Below are positions 1 through 9,631 of a DNA stretch of 64,000 nucleotides, one piece after another. The stretch's first letter is position 1; every line of letters begins with the position of its first letter. The position numbers and the translations under genes are program-made. The notes beneath the pieces are model-generated. The model had not been told where the DNA came from. It made no database searches and worked only from the letters and a program-made list of their open reading frames with translations. The DNA is taken from assembly GCA_048270185.1 (NCBI GenBank), contig JBLWTJ010000001.1, positions 192,001-256,000 on the forward strand, given 5' to 3'. Source of the stretch: Bacteriovoracaceae bacterium (GTDB taxonomy: Bacteria; Bdellovibrionota; Bacteriovoracia; Bacteriovoracales; Bacteriovoracaceae).

Positions 1-829
1 CGATGGAAAGGTTAGGCTACAGATTAGAACGATTGAGTCTTATTCATTTGATGAGAAGTTTAGAAATCTACTTGATCTTGATTATTTCAAGTCCATTCAA
101 TTCATCTCTTATACAGAACAAGATCGCTTATCGATGAACTCTGGTAGGAGTAAACTTATCTTTGCTGTTGGTGAAGTTAATTATAATCAGTACTATGAGT
201 TAGAATTTACTAACACAAAAGATTTTACCATAAAAAGAAAGGGAAGAGCTCTTCAGTTACATAAATCTGATATTGCAACTGTTCGCTCAACTCGTGATGG
301 TGACTTTACTGATGAATTTATGATTACAAGGCAACAAGAGAGAAATAAACTTGCCTTTAAGTTTTCTCATTTAAGAAGAACTCTTCGCTTTGAAAGTGAT
401 TGGGAAGATCCACTTGCTTCAATCTTAGGTGTATTCAAAGAGGGAAATAGTTACTCGATTTATATTGAAGGACGTTATAATATTCATCTTCTAAAAACAG
501 ATGGAAATACAATATTAAGTCACTCCGTGACATCAATTAATCGTGAATCAAGTTTTCCTGGTGGTAATTTTTCTCAGTTATTTCAATTAGGTCAGCTTAA
601 CTCGACAACAGGCTTAATCTATTCTGATATGCAAATGTTATTTGGTGATAGTATTCACCTACTTACAAGTACTGATGGGCTTATTAGTAAAAAACTTAAG
701 TATAATCTTGCGATACCTAATGACTGTGCACTTCTTGGCCACTCACAGATTAAGTTTGAACAAGAAGTAAGGCTACATTGTTTAGGGCCTGGCAAGTTAA
801 CGTCAGTTCATTCGATAAAGGTTGATTAA
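1..829 (+). CDS. Hypothetical protein, 5'-truncated by the window edge
   Basis: The frame of ORF 134..829 is open back to position 2 (DGKVRLQIRTIES...), so the gene probably starts before the window. No recognisable motif. Confidence 0.7.
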   Translation, partial: DGKVRLQIRTIESYSFDEKFRNLLDLDYFKSIQFISYTEQDRLSMNSGRSKLIFAVGEVNYNQYYELEFTNTKDFTIKRKGRALQLHKSDIATVRSTRDGDFTDEFMITRQQERNKLAFKFSHLRRTLRFESDWEDPLASILGVFKEGNSYSIYIEGRYNIHLLKTDGNTILSHSVTSINRESSFPGGNFSQLFQLGQLNSTTGLIYSDMQMLFGDSIHLLTSTDGLISKKLKYNLAIPNDCALLGHSQIKFEQEVRLHCLGPGKLTSVHSIKVD

Positions 830-1632
830 TTGGTAAATGGAAAAAAGAGTGTTGAAACAGAATAGATTTGACACTCTTTTGAGCTACCTTCAGCCTGATC
901 AAATTCATCAGCAAAGCTTTCTATGAAATCAAGTATCTTCTGTCTTGCTTTTGGTAAATCTTCTCTTTTAACATTAATTAGAAAGTGTTCTAATAAACGG
1001 TTCTCTTTTGGGAGATAGTAGCTATCTGTCGACAATTCACAAATTTCGCGATGTAGAGGGATAAATTGTGATAATTCTAATTTATACTTTGGTGAATATG
1101 ATTCATTAAGATAAATTTTAGATTTTTTGATATCGACAATACCTGAGTTTTTCATCTGCTCAATTATCGTAGGATAGCCCTCACTCGACTGATATTTAAA
1201 TTGCTCATCTGAAATATCTTTTAGACTCTCAAAGTCGCTCCATTTTAGCATCTCTCGTAAGAGTGCCATTTCCCATTTAAATTCAACCTGGCGATCTTGT
1301 TTTTCAACTTCTTGAGTACGTTTTTCGACGATGGCCTTAAATGTTTCGTTATCACCTTTTGAACTCTTCTTGGCCTGAATTAAGGCCATAAAGAAATCGG
1401 CCTCTTTTTGAGTTAATTCAAGATTTTTAATGAGTTTCTTAGTTAGTGAAGGTCCTGGATGTCTTTGACCTTTAAGGATCATTGTTAGACCTGAGACACT
1501 CGATATACCGAGCTCCTTGGCCCACTGGCCAAAAGTGTACTTTCTATCCTGTGCTTTTCTGGCAGCAAATATATCTTCCAGATAGAGACGGTAGTCAATG
1601 TAGCTGAATAGGTCTAAGCCTCTAATATCCAT
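826..1632 (-). CDS. TIGR02147/DUF4423-type HTH protein (putative regulator)
   Basis: N-terminal DYRLYL...KYTFGQWAKELGISSVSGLTMILKGQRH, then FFMALI, and C-terminal FIESFADEF...IYSVSTLFFPFT, as recalled for this family. Confidence 0.85.
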   Translation of the reverse strand: MDIRGLDLFSYIDYRLYLEDIFAARKAQDRKYTFGQWAKELGISSVSGLTMILKGQRHPGPSLTKKLIKNLELTQKEADFFMALIQAKKSSKGDNETFKAIVEKRTQEVEKQDRQVEFKWEMALLREMLKWSDFESLKDISDEQFKYQSSEGYPTIIEQMKNSGIVDIKKSKIYLNESYSPKYKLELSQFIPLHREICELSTDSYYLPKENRLLEHFLINVKREDLPKARQKILDFIESFADEFDQAEGSSKECQIYSVSTLFFPFTN

Positions 1633-1807
1633 GACATACGTATCGACTACTTTTTTGAATTATTAATTATTTTCACAAATTTTTTGAAAATATTACATAT
1701 GTTAAGTAGATATTATTGAGGAATTTGTTCATAAAGATATTACACACATAGTTGAGCTAATTACACAATTATAGGATAAATACTTATAACTTTCATTAGG
1801 ATTATTT

Positions 1808-2305
1808 ATGCTTAAAATTATCTTCATCTCTATCATTACTGCATTCATTTCCCTTAATTCACAGGCCCTGCTTGTTAATGATGTAACACCATTTACTGGT
1901 GGGAAGAAATACGACTTCACTAAGAAGACAGGATGGGGTGCTAAGACTGGTTGGGGAGCTCGCGAAATTGAAGATCGTGTTAAGCAAATTATTAAAAGAG
2001 ATTATAGTGATCAGTGTTTTGGAGAAAGTTCATATCGTTATATGATACCAACTCAAAGTATTAATATTAACTTCTATGATGTACCAGCTCTGAATAAGAG
2101 AATCTATAAGGAATTGAGTCCACCAGAAGAAAATGAGAGTGATGTTCTCATGCTTAATATTCTTATTTCAAATGATTCAAAGTTTAAGTATCTTTCAAGC
2201 TTTGAAAAATATACGATTAAAATTCGTTATGATGATGTTGCTGACGATATCATAGTTGAATACTTAGATGATCTTGATCGCAATTATATGTCTAATTGCT
2301 ATTAG
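1808..2305 (+). CDS. Exported hypothetical protein with a KTGWGA tandem duplication
   Basis: Signal peptide ending SQA; SD-like AGGA upstream. Confidence 0.75.
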   Translation: MLKIIFISIITAFISLNSQALLVNDVTPFTGGKKYDFTKKTGWGAKTGWGAREIEDRVKQIIKRDYSDQCFGESSYRYMIPTQSININFYDVPALNKRIYKELSPPEENESDVLMLNILISNDSKFKYLSSFEKYTIKIRYDDVADDIIVEYLDDLDRNYMSNCY

Positions 2306-3151
2306 TTAGAGCCTAAAGCTCACCCCGGCACCGATGAGAACTCCTCCTATTGAGTCAACAACATCGGTGCTAAGCTCATCCATTGCACTCGATGACATTC
2401 CAATTAAGCCCGCTTGTCCGTAGAAGCCAATACGAGAAAAGGGTGCAATTCTTAAGCGGCCACCAATATCATAACCCCAAGCCGCACCCGCTGATTTTTC
2501 ACTATAGTTACTCTGTTCAAAGTCACCTGTTAGGATAAGGCCACCATAGGCTTCAAGGCTAAAGCTTGTGCGATTAATTAAACGGTATTGATATTGTAGT
2601 TCACCGTAGATACTTCTAATGCTACTAAATGAACTAGAGCCAAATAAGTAGCCAAGAGAAAACTTAAAGCCGTGGCGGCCTTTTGGGTCTCTGTGCTCTA
2701 TTGAGAGATCAACTCGGTTCAAGCTTGGTGCATCTTCATTTGCTTGGGCAATATTGAAGTCTTGCCATTCACTTCCTGCAGAAAAAATAGAGTAATCCAT
2801 TGAGAAATAGCTATTCTCTCTTAATTTCTGCGCATCATTCTTAAATATTGTTTCAACATCGTGGTTGGTGACTTCAGGCGTATGCTCAAGTTTTGAGCCA
2901 GATAAAGTGAAGGTAATATCGTCGGCCTTTATGTAGGCAATTTTACCTGAAACAACAAGAGGTACAATAGTCCCTTTTTTAAGACTATTATCGCCAACTT
3001 TTAACTTTCTTCCGCTTCTTATAAATCCAATTGGCGCAGTAAGCTCAACATCAGCATAGACAATTGTCTGTCTCGACTTTGAGATGGCATATCGATAGGC
3101 GTATGAATTTAAATTGATAAAAGCAAAAATAAATACTAAAAGTTTTCTCAT
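2306..3151 (-). CDS. Outer-membrane beta-barrel protein with N-terminal SH3-like domain
   Basis: Signal peptide, amphipathic beta strands, C-terminal GAGVSFRL barrel signal. Confidence 0.7.
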   Translation of the reverse strand: MRKLLVFIFAFINLNSYAYRYAISKSRQTIVYADVELTAPIGFIRSGRKLKVGDNSLKKGTIVPLVVSGKIAYIKADDITFTLSGSKLEHTPEVTNHDVETIFKNDAQKLRENSYFSMDYSIFSAGSEWQDFNIAQANEDAPSLNRVDLSIEHRDPKGRHGFKFSLGYLFGSSSFSSIRSIYGELQYQYRLINRTSFSLEAYGGLILTGDFEQSNYSEKSAGAAWGYDIGGRLRIAPFSRIGFYGQAGLIGMSSSAMDELSTDVVDSIGGVLIGAGVSFRL

Positions 3152-3204
3152 ATATCTATTATAATCAAAATAGAATTTTTGACTAGAATAGTTTAGGGTT
3201 TATT

Positions 3205-4503
3205 ATGAGATTTCCAGGCAAGAGAAGATCAAAACATTATTTCCCAGTTAGTGCAAAAGGAAGACTTTCTTTTGAAACTGACTTCACTCAAAAAGAGAAT
3301 GTCTACATTGTCGGAATTGATCAGTTGCTGGTTGATATTGAAATCGATGCTCCAGCTGAGCTTCTTTCTCAATATGGCCTAAAGCCTGGTGAATCCTATA
3401 TTTTAGATGATGACAAAATCGAGGCCCTTTATCAGAAATGTGTTATGGAGAATCGTATTCTAGGTCAATATGCTGGTGGTGCCGTAGGCAATACTCTTCA
3501 TAATTACTCGGTTTTATCTGATGATCAATCCTTTGCTCTAGGAACTATTTGTGAAACGATCAAAGTAGGGGATTACGCTTTCAAGTATATCTGTAGTACT
3601 TCTTCTAAAGTTGACTTCAGTTACCTTCAACCTTGTAAAGGAAATATGGCCCGTGCCATGTGTTTAATCACTCCTGACAAAGAAAGAACATTTGCCATTG
3701 GTAAAGGTATTATGAATCAGTTAAATGAGGACTTTGTTCCTGCTGATCTTATAAAGAAGTCTAGTGCGCTTTTAATTACAGCATTTCTATTAAGAGATAA
3801 GAGTGCTCCTCTTTATAAGGCCACGATGAAGGCCGTTAAAGTCGCTTGTGAAAATGATGTACCAGTGGTTTTTGCACTTGGAACGAGCTCTCTTATTGAG
3901 AGTGATCCGCTATTCTTTAAAGAATTTATTCGTGAAAACGTTAATGTCCTCGCTATGAATCGCGATGAGGCCCGGGCCTTAATTGGAATTGATGATCCAC
4001 TCTTAGTCGCTAAGGAAGTTCTTGATCTAACAGATTTAGTTCTTGTCACAGACGGTGAAAAAGGTCTTTATATGGGCTCTTGGGCCTGTCGAACGAAGGC
4101 ACGTGAGACAAAGGATACGATTCACTCAAAATCAATTGAAAACTATAATGAATATGAATACTCACGTTCTCAGTTAAAAGTAGACTGTGTTGAGCCGATG
4201 AAAGTTTACTCGCATATTAATCCATTTATGGGTGGACCTGAAAATATTGAAAATACTAATGGGGCAGGAGATGCTGCTTTAGCTGCTATTCTTCATGATA
4301 TTGCGGCCAATGTCTATCATCAAAAACTTCTTCCACATTCAATTAAACATGATGGAAAGTATCTTTCATATTCTTCCATTCACCAACTTTGTAAGTATGC
4401 CAATCGCACAAGTTATGAAGTTCTTAAGCAGAAGTCTCCAAGGCTCTCTCATAATCTACCGGTTAAGGAACAAAGTTTAGAAGAAAGCTATTGGTCAATG
4501 TAA
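3205..4503 (+). CDS. gsk: Inosine/guanosine kinase
   Basis: N-terminus MRFPGKRRSKHYFPV, PfkB motif NTNGAGD and C-terminal LEESYW all match enterobacterial Gsk. Confidence 0.93.
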   Translation: MRFPGKRRSKHYFPVSAKGRLSFETDFTQKENVYIVGIDQLLVDIEIDAPAELLSQYGLKPGESYILDDDKIEALYQKCVMENRILGQYAGGAVGNTLHNYSVLSDDQSFALGTICETIKVGDYAFKYICSTSSKVDFSYLQPCKGNMARAMCLITPDKERTFAIGKGIMNQLNEDFVPADLIKKSSALLITAFLLRDKSAPLYKATMKAVKVACENDVPVVFALGTSSLIESDPLFFKEFIRENVNVLAMNRDEARALIGIDDPLLVAKEVLDLTDLVLVTDGEKGLYMGSWACRTKARETKDTIHSKSIENYNEYEYSRSQLKVDCVEPMKVYSHINPFMGGPENIENTNGAGDAALAAILHDIAANVYHQKLLPHSIKHDGKYLSYSSIHQLCKYANRTSYEVLKQKSPRLSHNLPVKEQSLEESYWSM

Positions 4504-4512
4504 GATCAATTT

Positions 4513-5190
4513 CTATGGAAAGAGCTTCTTTCTGATATTTTCTGGGGCCCTTGTGATTGAGCGGCCTACAACCAGATAGCTCGCACCGTTGTCAATAGCA
4601 TCTTGAGGTGTCATAACCCTTACCTGGTCATCACTGCTATCTCCTGTCAGGCGGATTCCTGGCGTTACTTTTGTGAAAGCTACATTAGTGCGATTTTCAA
4701 AGGTCTTAATAATGTCAAGATCTGCTCCTGAACAAACAAGTCCACTTACTCCTGATTTATTAATCATTGTTAGAATTTCTTCTAATGCCAGATTTTTTTG
4801 TCTTCCCCAAATTGATTGAATTTCTTCTTCACTGTGAGATGTTAAAAGCGTTACCGCAAGGAGAGTACACTCAGGGATATAAGTTTGTGCGCTCTCTAGG
4901 GCCTGGGCCATCATTGTTGTTCCACCAGTTGCATGAATCGTTAGAAACTTTATTGGCAGGCCTTTTAATCCTTTAATCGCTTTTGCAACCGTTGTTGGAA
5001 TATCGTGTAATTTTAAATCGAGAAATATCTCAACTTGATAATTTTGAGCGAGGTCACGAATAAGATCATTACCGTATTGTAGGTAGAGCTCAAGCCCTAC
5101 CTTGATAAGTTTAATTTCAGGGTACTCTGACAGAAGCTTTGTAACTTCAACTCTATCCATTCCATCGAGAGCGACAAATGTCTTATTCAC
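4513..5190 (-). CDS. pyrF: Orotidine-5'-phosphate decarboxylase
   Basis: FLDLKLHDIPTTV, VTPGIR, DDQVR, LVVGRSIT motifs. Confidence 0.96.
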   Translation of the reverse strand: MNKTFVALDGMDRVEVTKLLSEYPEIKLIKVGLELYLQYGNDLIRDLAQNYQVEIFLDLKLHDIPTTVAKAIKGLKGLPIKFLTIHATGGTTMMAQALESAQTYIPECTLLAVTLLTSHSEEEIQSIWGRQKNLALEEILTMINKSGVSGLVCSGADLDIIKTFENRTNVAFTKVTPGIRLTGDSSDDQVRVMTPQDAIDNGASYLVVGRSITRAPENIRKKLFP

Positions 5191-8100
5191 TTAGCATCTC
5201 CTGTAGACTTACTGGCCCAAGTTCACTTGTAATGGTGTAAGTTAATGCCTCAACAACAGCATTGATATTTTCAAGTCTTGTAAAGCATGGAACTGCATAT
5301 TGAATGGAAGCATTTCGAATAAATTCACCATCCGACATTGATCGTCCCTGATTTAGAGGTGTATTTAAAACCATGGCCATATCTTCGTCTTTAATTGCAT
5401 CAAGCATTGATGGATTGTCTCCATTGCTTGATAGCTTGTCGACAATTGTAGCATCCACATAACACTTCTCTTTCAAGAATCTAAATGTACCCTTTGTAGC
5501 ATAGAATTTAAATCCATTGGCAGCAAGTTTCTTGAGGTTTGCAATCAATCTTTCATCGTCTTTATTTGATAGTGATATTAGAATTGATTTCTTATCGAGA
5601 AGATCAGGATAATTTCCAAGGTATGATTTGAGCATGGCCTTATCGAGATTCTTGTCAATTCCTAGTGTTTCACCAGTTGATCTCATCTTTGGACCTAAGA
5701 TGATAGAATCCTGTACGAAGCGGTCAAATGGGAAAGTTGATTGCTTTATAACTTTATATGAGCTCTTTAGTTCCTTAATTGTTTCAATTTCTTCACCAAG
5801 AAGTGCTCTTGTGGCAAGGCCTGCAAGATTGATATCATAGGCCTTTGATAAAAATGGTATCGTTCGCGATCCTCTTGGATTGGCCTCAATACAGTATATA
5901 TCTTCGCCTTTTAGAGCAAATTGAAAGTTAATAGGACCTGTGATTTCCATATTACCTGCCATTTCACTAGCAAGTTGTCTCATCTTTTCAATGATCTCCT
6001 TACTTGCTATTTTTGGAGGTGATATCATTCCCGAGTCACCAGAGTGAACACCTGCGTATTCGATATGTTCACAAATTGTAAAAACAGTATTTCCCTTCTT
6101 ATCTCGAATTAAATCGACATCATATTCAAGAGCATTTGAGATATAGTTTTCTACTTGAAATGTAATCGAATTTTCGTGCAGAGATTTTAAAATTTCTTGT
6201 GGTAGATTCTCGATATCTTCTTGTGATTCAAAGATAAACATACTTTCACCACCGATAACGTAGCTTGGTCTAATGATAACAGGAAAACCAATCTCGGTTA
6301 TTGCATTAATTAAGTTCTTATGGCCTCTTACTTCCTTTGAAGTAGTGTGCGCTAGAGCAACACCTTTGGTTAATTCATCAAATCGCTTCCTGTCTTCAAC
6401 TGCATCAAGTAAATCAAGGCTTGGCCCTAAAAAGTTAAATTTTTGATGCTTACTTCTAAATGGTGCTTCTAGGTGAGCGCGAATATTGATTCCCGTCTGA
6501 CCACTAAATGAAGTGATGACATGCTCTGGGTTTTCAAACGAGAGGATTTCAAATAAATCTTCAGAAAATAGTGGCGTGAGATAGAGTCTGTCCGAACTAT
6601 CGTAGTCAGTTGAAACGGTTTCAGGGTTAGAGTTTAGAAGAATTGACTTAACTCCAACTTCTGCAAGTGTTTTACAGCTTTTTACACAAGAGTAATCAAA
6701 CTCAATTCCTTGTCCAATTCTGTTAGGTCCTGAGCCAAAGATGGCACAGCTTTCTTCTTTAATTGGTTCGACGTCACTATATTGAGTATAAGTCGAATAG
6801 AAGTATGGGGTCAGGGCGTTGAACTCACCGGAACAAGTATCAACGGCCTTAAAGACTGGTCTAATTTTATTTTTAATTCTTAGATCAAGAACGTTTTCAA
6901 TACTTGATTTCGAAAGTAGTGCTAGATACTTATCCGAGAAACCTTCTCGCTTTAAATCAAAGAGTGATTCAGGATTATTAATTATTGTGTTATCGGCCTT
7001 AAGTTGATCTTCATAATCTTTGAAGACAACCATTTGTTCGATAAACCAAGGAGTGATGGCGCTAATCTCATGAATATCCTTTGCTGAAATTCCTGCTCTT
7101 AGTCCCTCTAGTGCCGTAAGAAGTGAGAGTTCTCTTTGATTTTTTAGACGCTGTTTTAGATAGTCGGCCGTCATCGGATACGGTGTTGTCTTTAGCTGTT
7201 CAAGGCTTGGAATCTCAAGTCCTTGCTCTGTTGCCCTTAAGGCCTTCATGAAGGCTTCGTTAAAACTTCCTCCAAGGGCCAAGACTTCACCAACAGATCT
7301 CATTTGAGGGCCTAGGGTTTGCGAGCTTGATGGAAATTTATTAAATGGAAAGATTGGAATCTTCACGGCAACATAGTCTAGTGTTGGCTCAAAGGCCACT
7401 GGTGAGATTCTTGTAATATCATTTAGAATTTCAAAAAGAGTAAGTCCTACCGCAAGTCCAGCTGAAATCTTAGCAATGGGATATCCTGTTGCTTTTGATG
7501 CTAGTGCTGATGAACGCGATACACGTGGATTCATTTCAATTACTACAATATCATCTTCATCCTTAGGATTTACTGCAAATTGAACATTTGCTCCACCTGC
7601 CACAACGTTCATATGCTTGGCAATTGTTAGAGACATGGTTCTGAGATTTTGGTAGCAGCGATCTGAAATTGTTTGGGCCGGTGCTACTGTAATTGAATCA
7701 CCTGTGTGAATTCCACATGGATCGACGTTTTCAATAGAGCAGATAACAACTCCACATCGATTCTTATCAACCATAACCTCAAGTTCAAGTTCCTTCCAAC
7801 CAAGAAGTGATTTTTCCATCGTAATAGGAAATTTAATATCACTTGAAGAAAGTGTCTCTCTTAATTCATCTGTATTATGAACTAAGGCGGCACCCTTGCC
7901 CCCAAGAGCAAAATCACGTCTAATGATAAGTGGAAATTTTACTTTTGAGTCTGCTAGTTCAATTGCATCCTTAAAACTTTGGGCCGTAAATCTCTTTCCT
8001 GATTTATATCCCAGCTTATCGAGTTCTTCAGCAAAGAGTTTTCGGTCTTCAGTTTTCTCAATTGTGTCGATATTGGCACCAAGTAGTGCTACATTGTGAT

Positions 8101-9631
8101 CTTTTAGGAAATTTTCTTTTTCCAAGTCAATACACATATTAAGGGCCGTTTGACCGCCCATAGTAGAGAGTACGGCATCAACTCTTTCTTTTTTTATTAT
8201 TTTCTTAATCGTCTCTTTAGTAATTGGCTCTATATAAGTTCGGTAACTCATTTCCTTATCAGTCATGATTGTTGCGGGGTTTGAGTTTAGAAGAACGACT
8301 TCAAAGCCTAATTCTCTAAGGGATTTCAGTGCTTGTGTCCCACTATAATCAAACTCTGATGCTTGACCAATTTTTATGGGCCCTGAGCCTATTAAAAGAA
8401 TTTTCTTATAAGGAGAGTTTAATTCTCCTTGATGATATTCAGGAATTGCATGAATATCTTCTTTTTTGATTATTTCATTTTTTCCATTTAAGTAATCACC
8501 AATTTCACTAAAAAAGATAAGGGCGTCTTTTGGTCCAGGATTGGCCTCTGGGTGAAATTGTACACTTCGAACTCTTGAGTCAAAGCTTCTAAGTCCTTCT
8601 AGAGAGCGATCAAATAGGGAAGTGAATTCACAAAATAATTCTATTCCAAATTCATTCTCAAGTGCTTTTGTCTTAAAAGATTGTGCATCAATGGCATAGC
8701 CGTGATTCTGACTTGTAATAAGAAGTTCTTTTGTATGATGTGAGAAAACAGGGTGATTGGCCCCTCTTTGTCCAAATGGCAGTTTAATTGTCTCCATCCC
8801 ACAAGCGAGTCCAATTAATTGGTGGCCAAGACAGATTCCACGAATTGGAATATCTGTTTTAAGAAGATCCTTTACTTGTGCAATTTGATCCTTGTGCTCT
8901 TTTGGATCTCCTGGCCCATTTGATAAAAAGACCATCCTTGGTCTAAGTCCTACAACTTCCTGTGCTGACGTATTGTATGGAACAACCACTGTTGGCATTC
9001 CAAGATCTTTTATATAATTAACAATTGCCTTCTTTATCCCATAGTCAATAATGACAATTGGGTTTTCACCTTTTGTGATAACTTGTTTTTCTTTTACTGA
9101 TACTCGTGCTAGATCGTTGCACTCTAGTTGCGTGTTAGAAAAATCTGGTGCAGATTCGCTTGCTGTTATTAGACAGCGATGATCCTTTGACTTACAAGAC
9201 AGATACTTTGTTAATTGCCTTGTATCGATATCACTAATGAGTGGTATTTCACAATTTTCTAGAAAATTATTATATGAGAAATTTCTTGCGATTAAGGTTT
9301 TGGCAACGGGACCTTCATTATTAAGTCTTTGGCCTACCCTTTCGTCATATTCATAATTACCAACATGAGCAGTTGTAAAGATAATGTGCTGGCCAAGAAA
9401 TGATGGATCTGTAGCCGTTTCTTGGTAGCCGGCCATTCCTGTTGTAAATGCAGCTTCACCAAGTATGCCGCCAGTCAGTCTTGGATCATCTTTTGAAATA
9501 TTGATATAGGCTTTGAATTTAGTTTGGTCGGGAAAATGAAGAAAAATAGGAGTTTGTTTAAGAGATTTTTTAAAAAGGAGTTCTTGAGACGTGGAAGTTG
9601 TAACTTCTGTATCAAACTTTGCTTTCTTCAT
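5183..9631 (-). CDS. carAB: Carbamoyl-phosphate synthase, fused small (CarA) and large (CarB) subunits
   Basis: Glutaminase motifs SNGPGDP, GICLGHQ, QFHPE followed in frame by GSGPIKIGQASEFDYSG, IEMNPRVSRSS, GSGPNRIGQGIEFDY and an MGS domain. Start placed at ATG 9631 (SD-like AAGGA upstream). Confidence 0.95.
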   Translation of the reverse strand: MKKAKFDTEVTTSTSQELLFKKSLKQTPIFLHFPDQTKFKAYINISKDDPRLTGGILGEAAFTTGMAGYQETATDPSFLGQHIIFTTAHVGNYEYDERVGQRLNNEGPVAKTLIARNFSYNNFLENCEIPLISDIDTRQLTKYLSCKSKDHRCLITASESAPDFSNTQLECNDLARVSVKEKQVITKGENPIVIIDYGIKKAIVNYIKDLGMPTVVVPYNTSAQEVVGLRPRMVFLSNGPGDPKEHKDQIAQVKDLLKTDIPIRGICLGHQLIGLACGMETIKLPFGQRGANHPVFSHHTKELLITSQNHGYAIDAQSFKTKALENEFGIELFCEFTSLFDRSLEGLRSFDSRVRSVQFHPEANPGPKDALIFFSEIGDYLNGKNEIIKKEDIHAIPEYHQGELNSPYKKILLIGSGPIKIGQASEFDYSGTQALKSLRELGFEVVLLNSNPATIMTDKEMSYRTYIEPITKETIKKIIKKERVDAVLSTMGGQTALNMCIDLEKENFLKDHNVALLGANIDTIEKTEDRKLFAEELDKLGYKSGKRFTAQSFKDAIELADSKVKFPLIIRRDFALGGKGAALVHNTDELRETLSSSDIKFPITMEKSLLGWKELELEVMVDKNRCGVVICSIENVDPCGIHTGDSITVAPAQTISDRCYQNLRTMSLTIAKHMNVVAGGANVQFAVNPKDEDDIVVIEMNPRVSRSSALASKATGYPIAKISAGLAVGLTLFEILNDITRISPVAFEPTLDYVAVKIPIFPFNKFPSSSQTLGPQMRSVGEVLALGGSFNEAFMKALRATEQGLEIPSLEQLKTTPYPMTADYLKQRLKNQRELSLLTALEGLRAGISAKDIHEISAITPWFIEQMVVFKDYEDQLKADNTIINNPESLFDLKREGFSDKYLALLSKSSIENVLDLRIKNKIRPVFKAVDTCSGEFNALTPYFYSTYTQYSDVEPIKEESCAIFGSGPNRIGQGIEFDYSCVKSCKTLAEVGVKSILLNSNPETVSTDYDSSDRLYLTPLFSEDLFEILSFENPEHVITSFSGQTGINIRAHLEAPFRSKHQKFNFLGPSLDLLDAVEDRKRFDELTKGVALAHTTSKEVRGHKNLINAITEIGFPVIIRPSYVIGGESMFIFESQEDIENLPQEILKSLHENSITFQVENYISNALEYDVDLIRDKKGNTVFTICEHIEYAGVHSGDSGMISPPKIASKEIIEKMRQLASEMAGNMEITGPINFQFALKGEDIYCIEANPRGSRTIPFLSKAYDINLAGLATRALLGEEIETIKELKSSYKVIKQSTFPFDRFVQDSIILGPKMRSTGETLGIDKNLDKAMLKSYLGNYPDLLDKKSILISLSNKDDERLIANLKKLAANGFKFYATKGTFRFLKEKCYVDATIVDKLSSNGDNPSMLDAIKDEDMAMVLNTPLNQGRSMSDGEFIRNASIQYAVPCFTRLENINAVVEALTYTITSELGPVSLQEMLSE

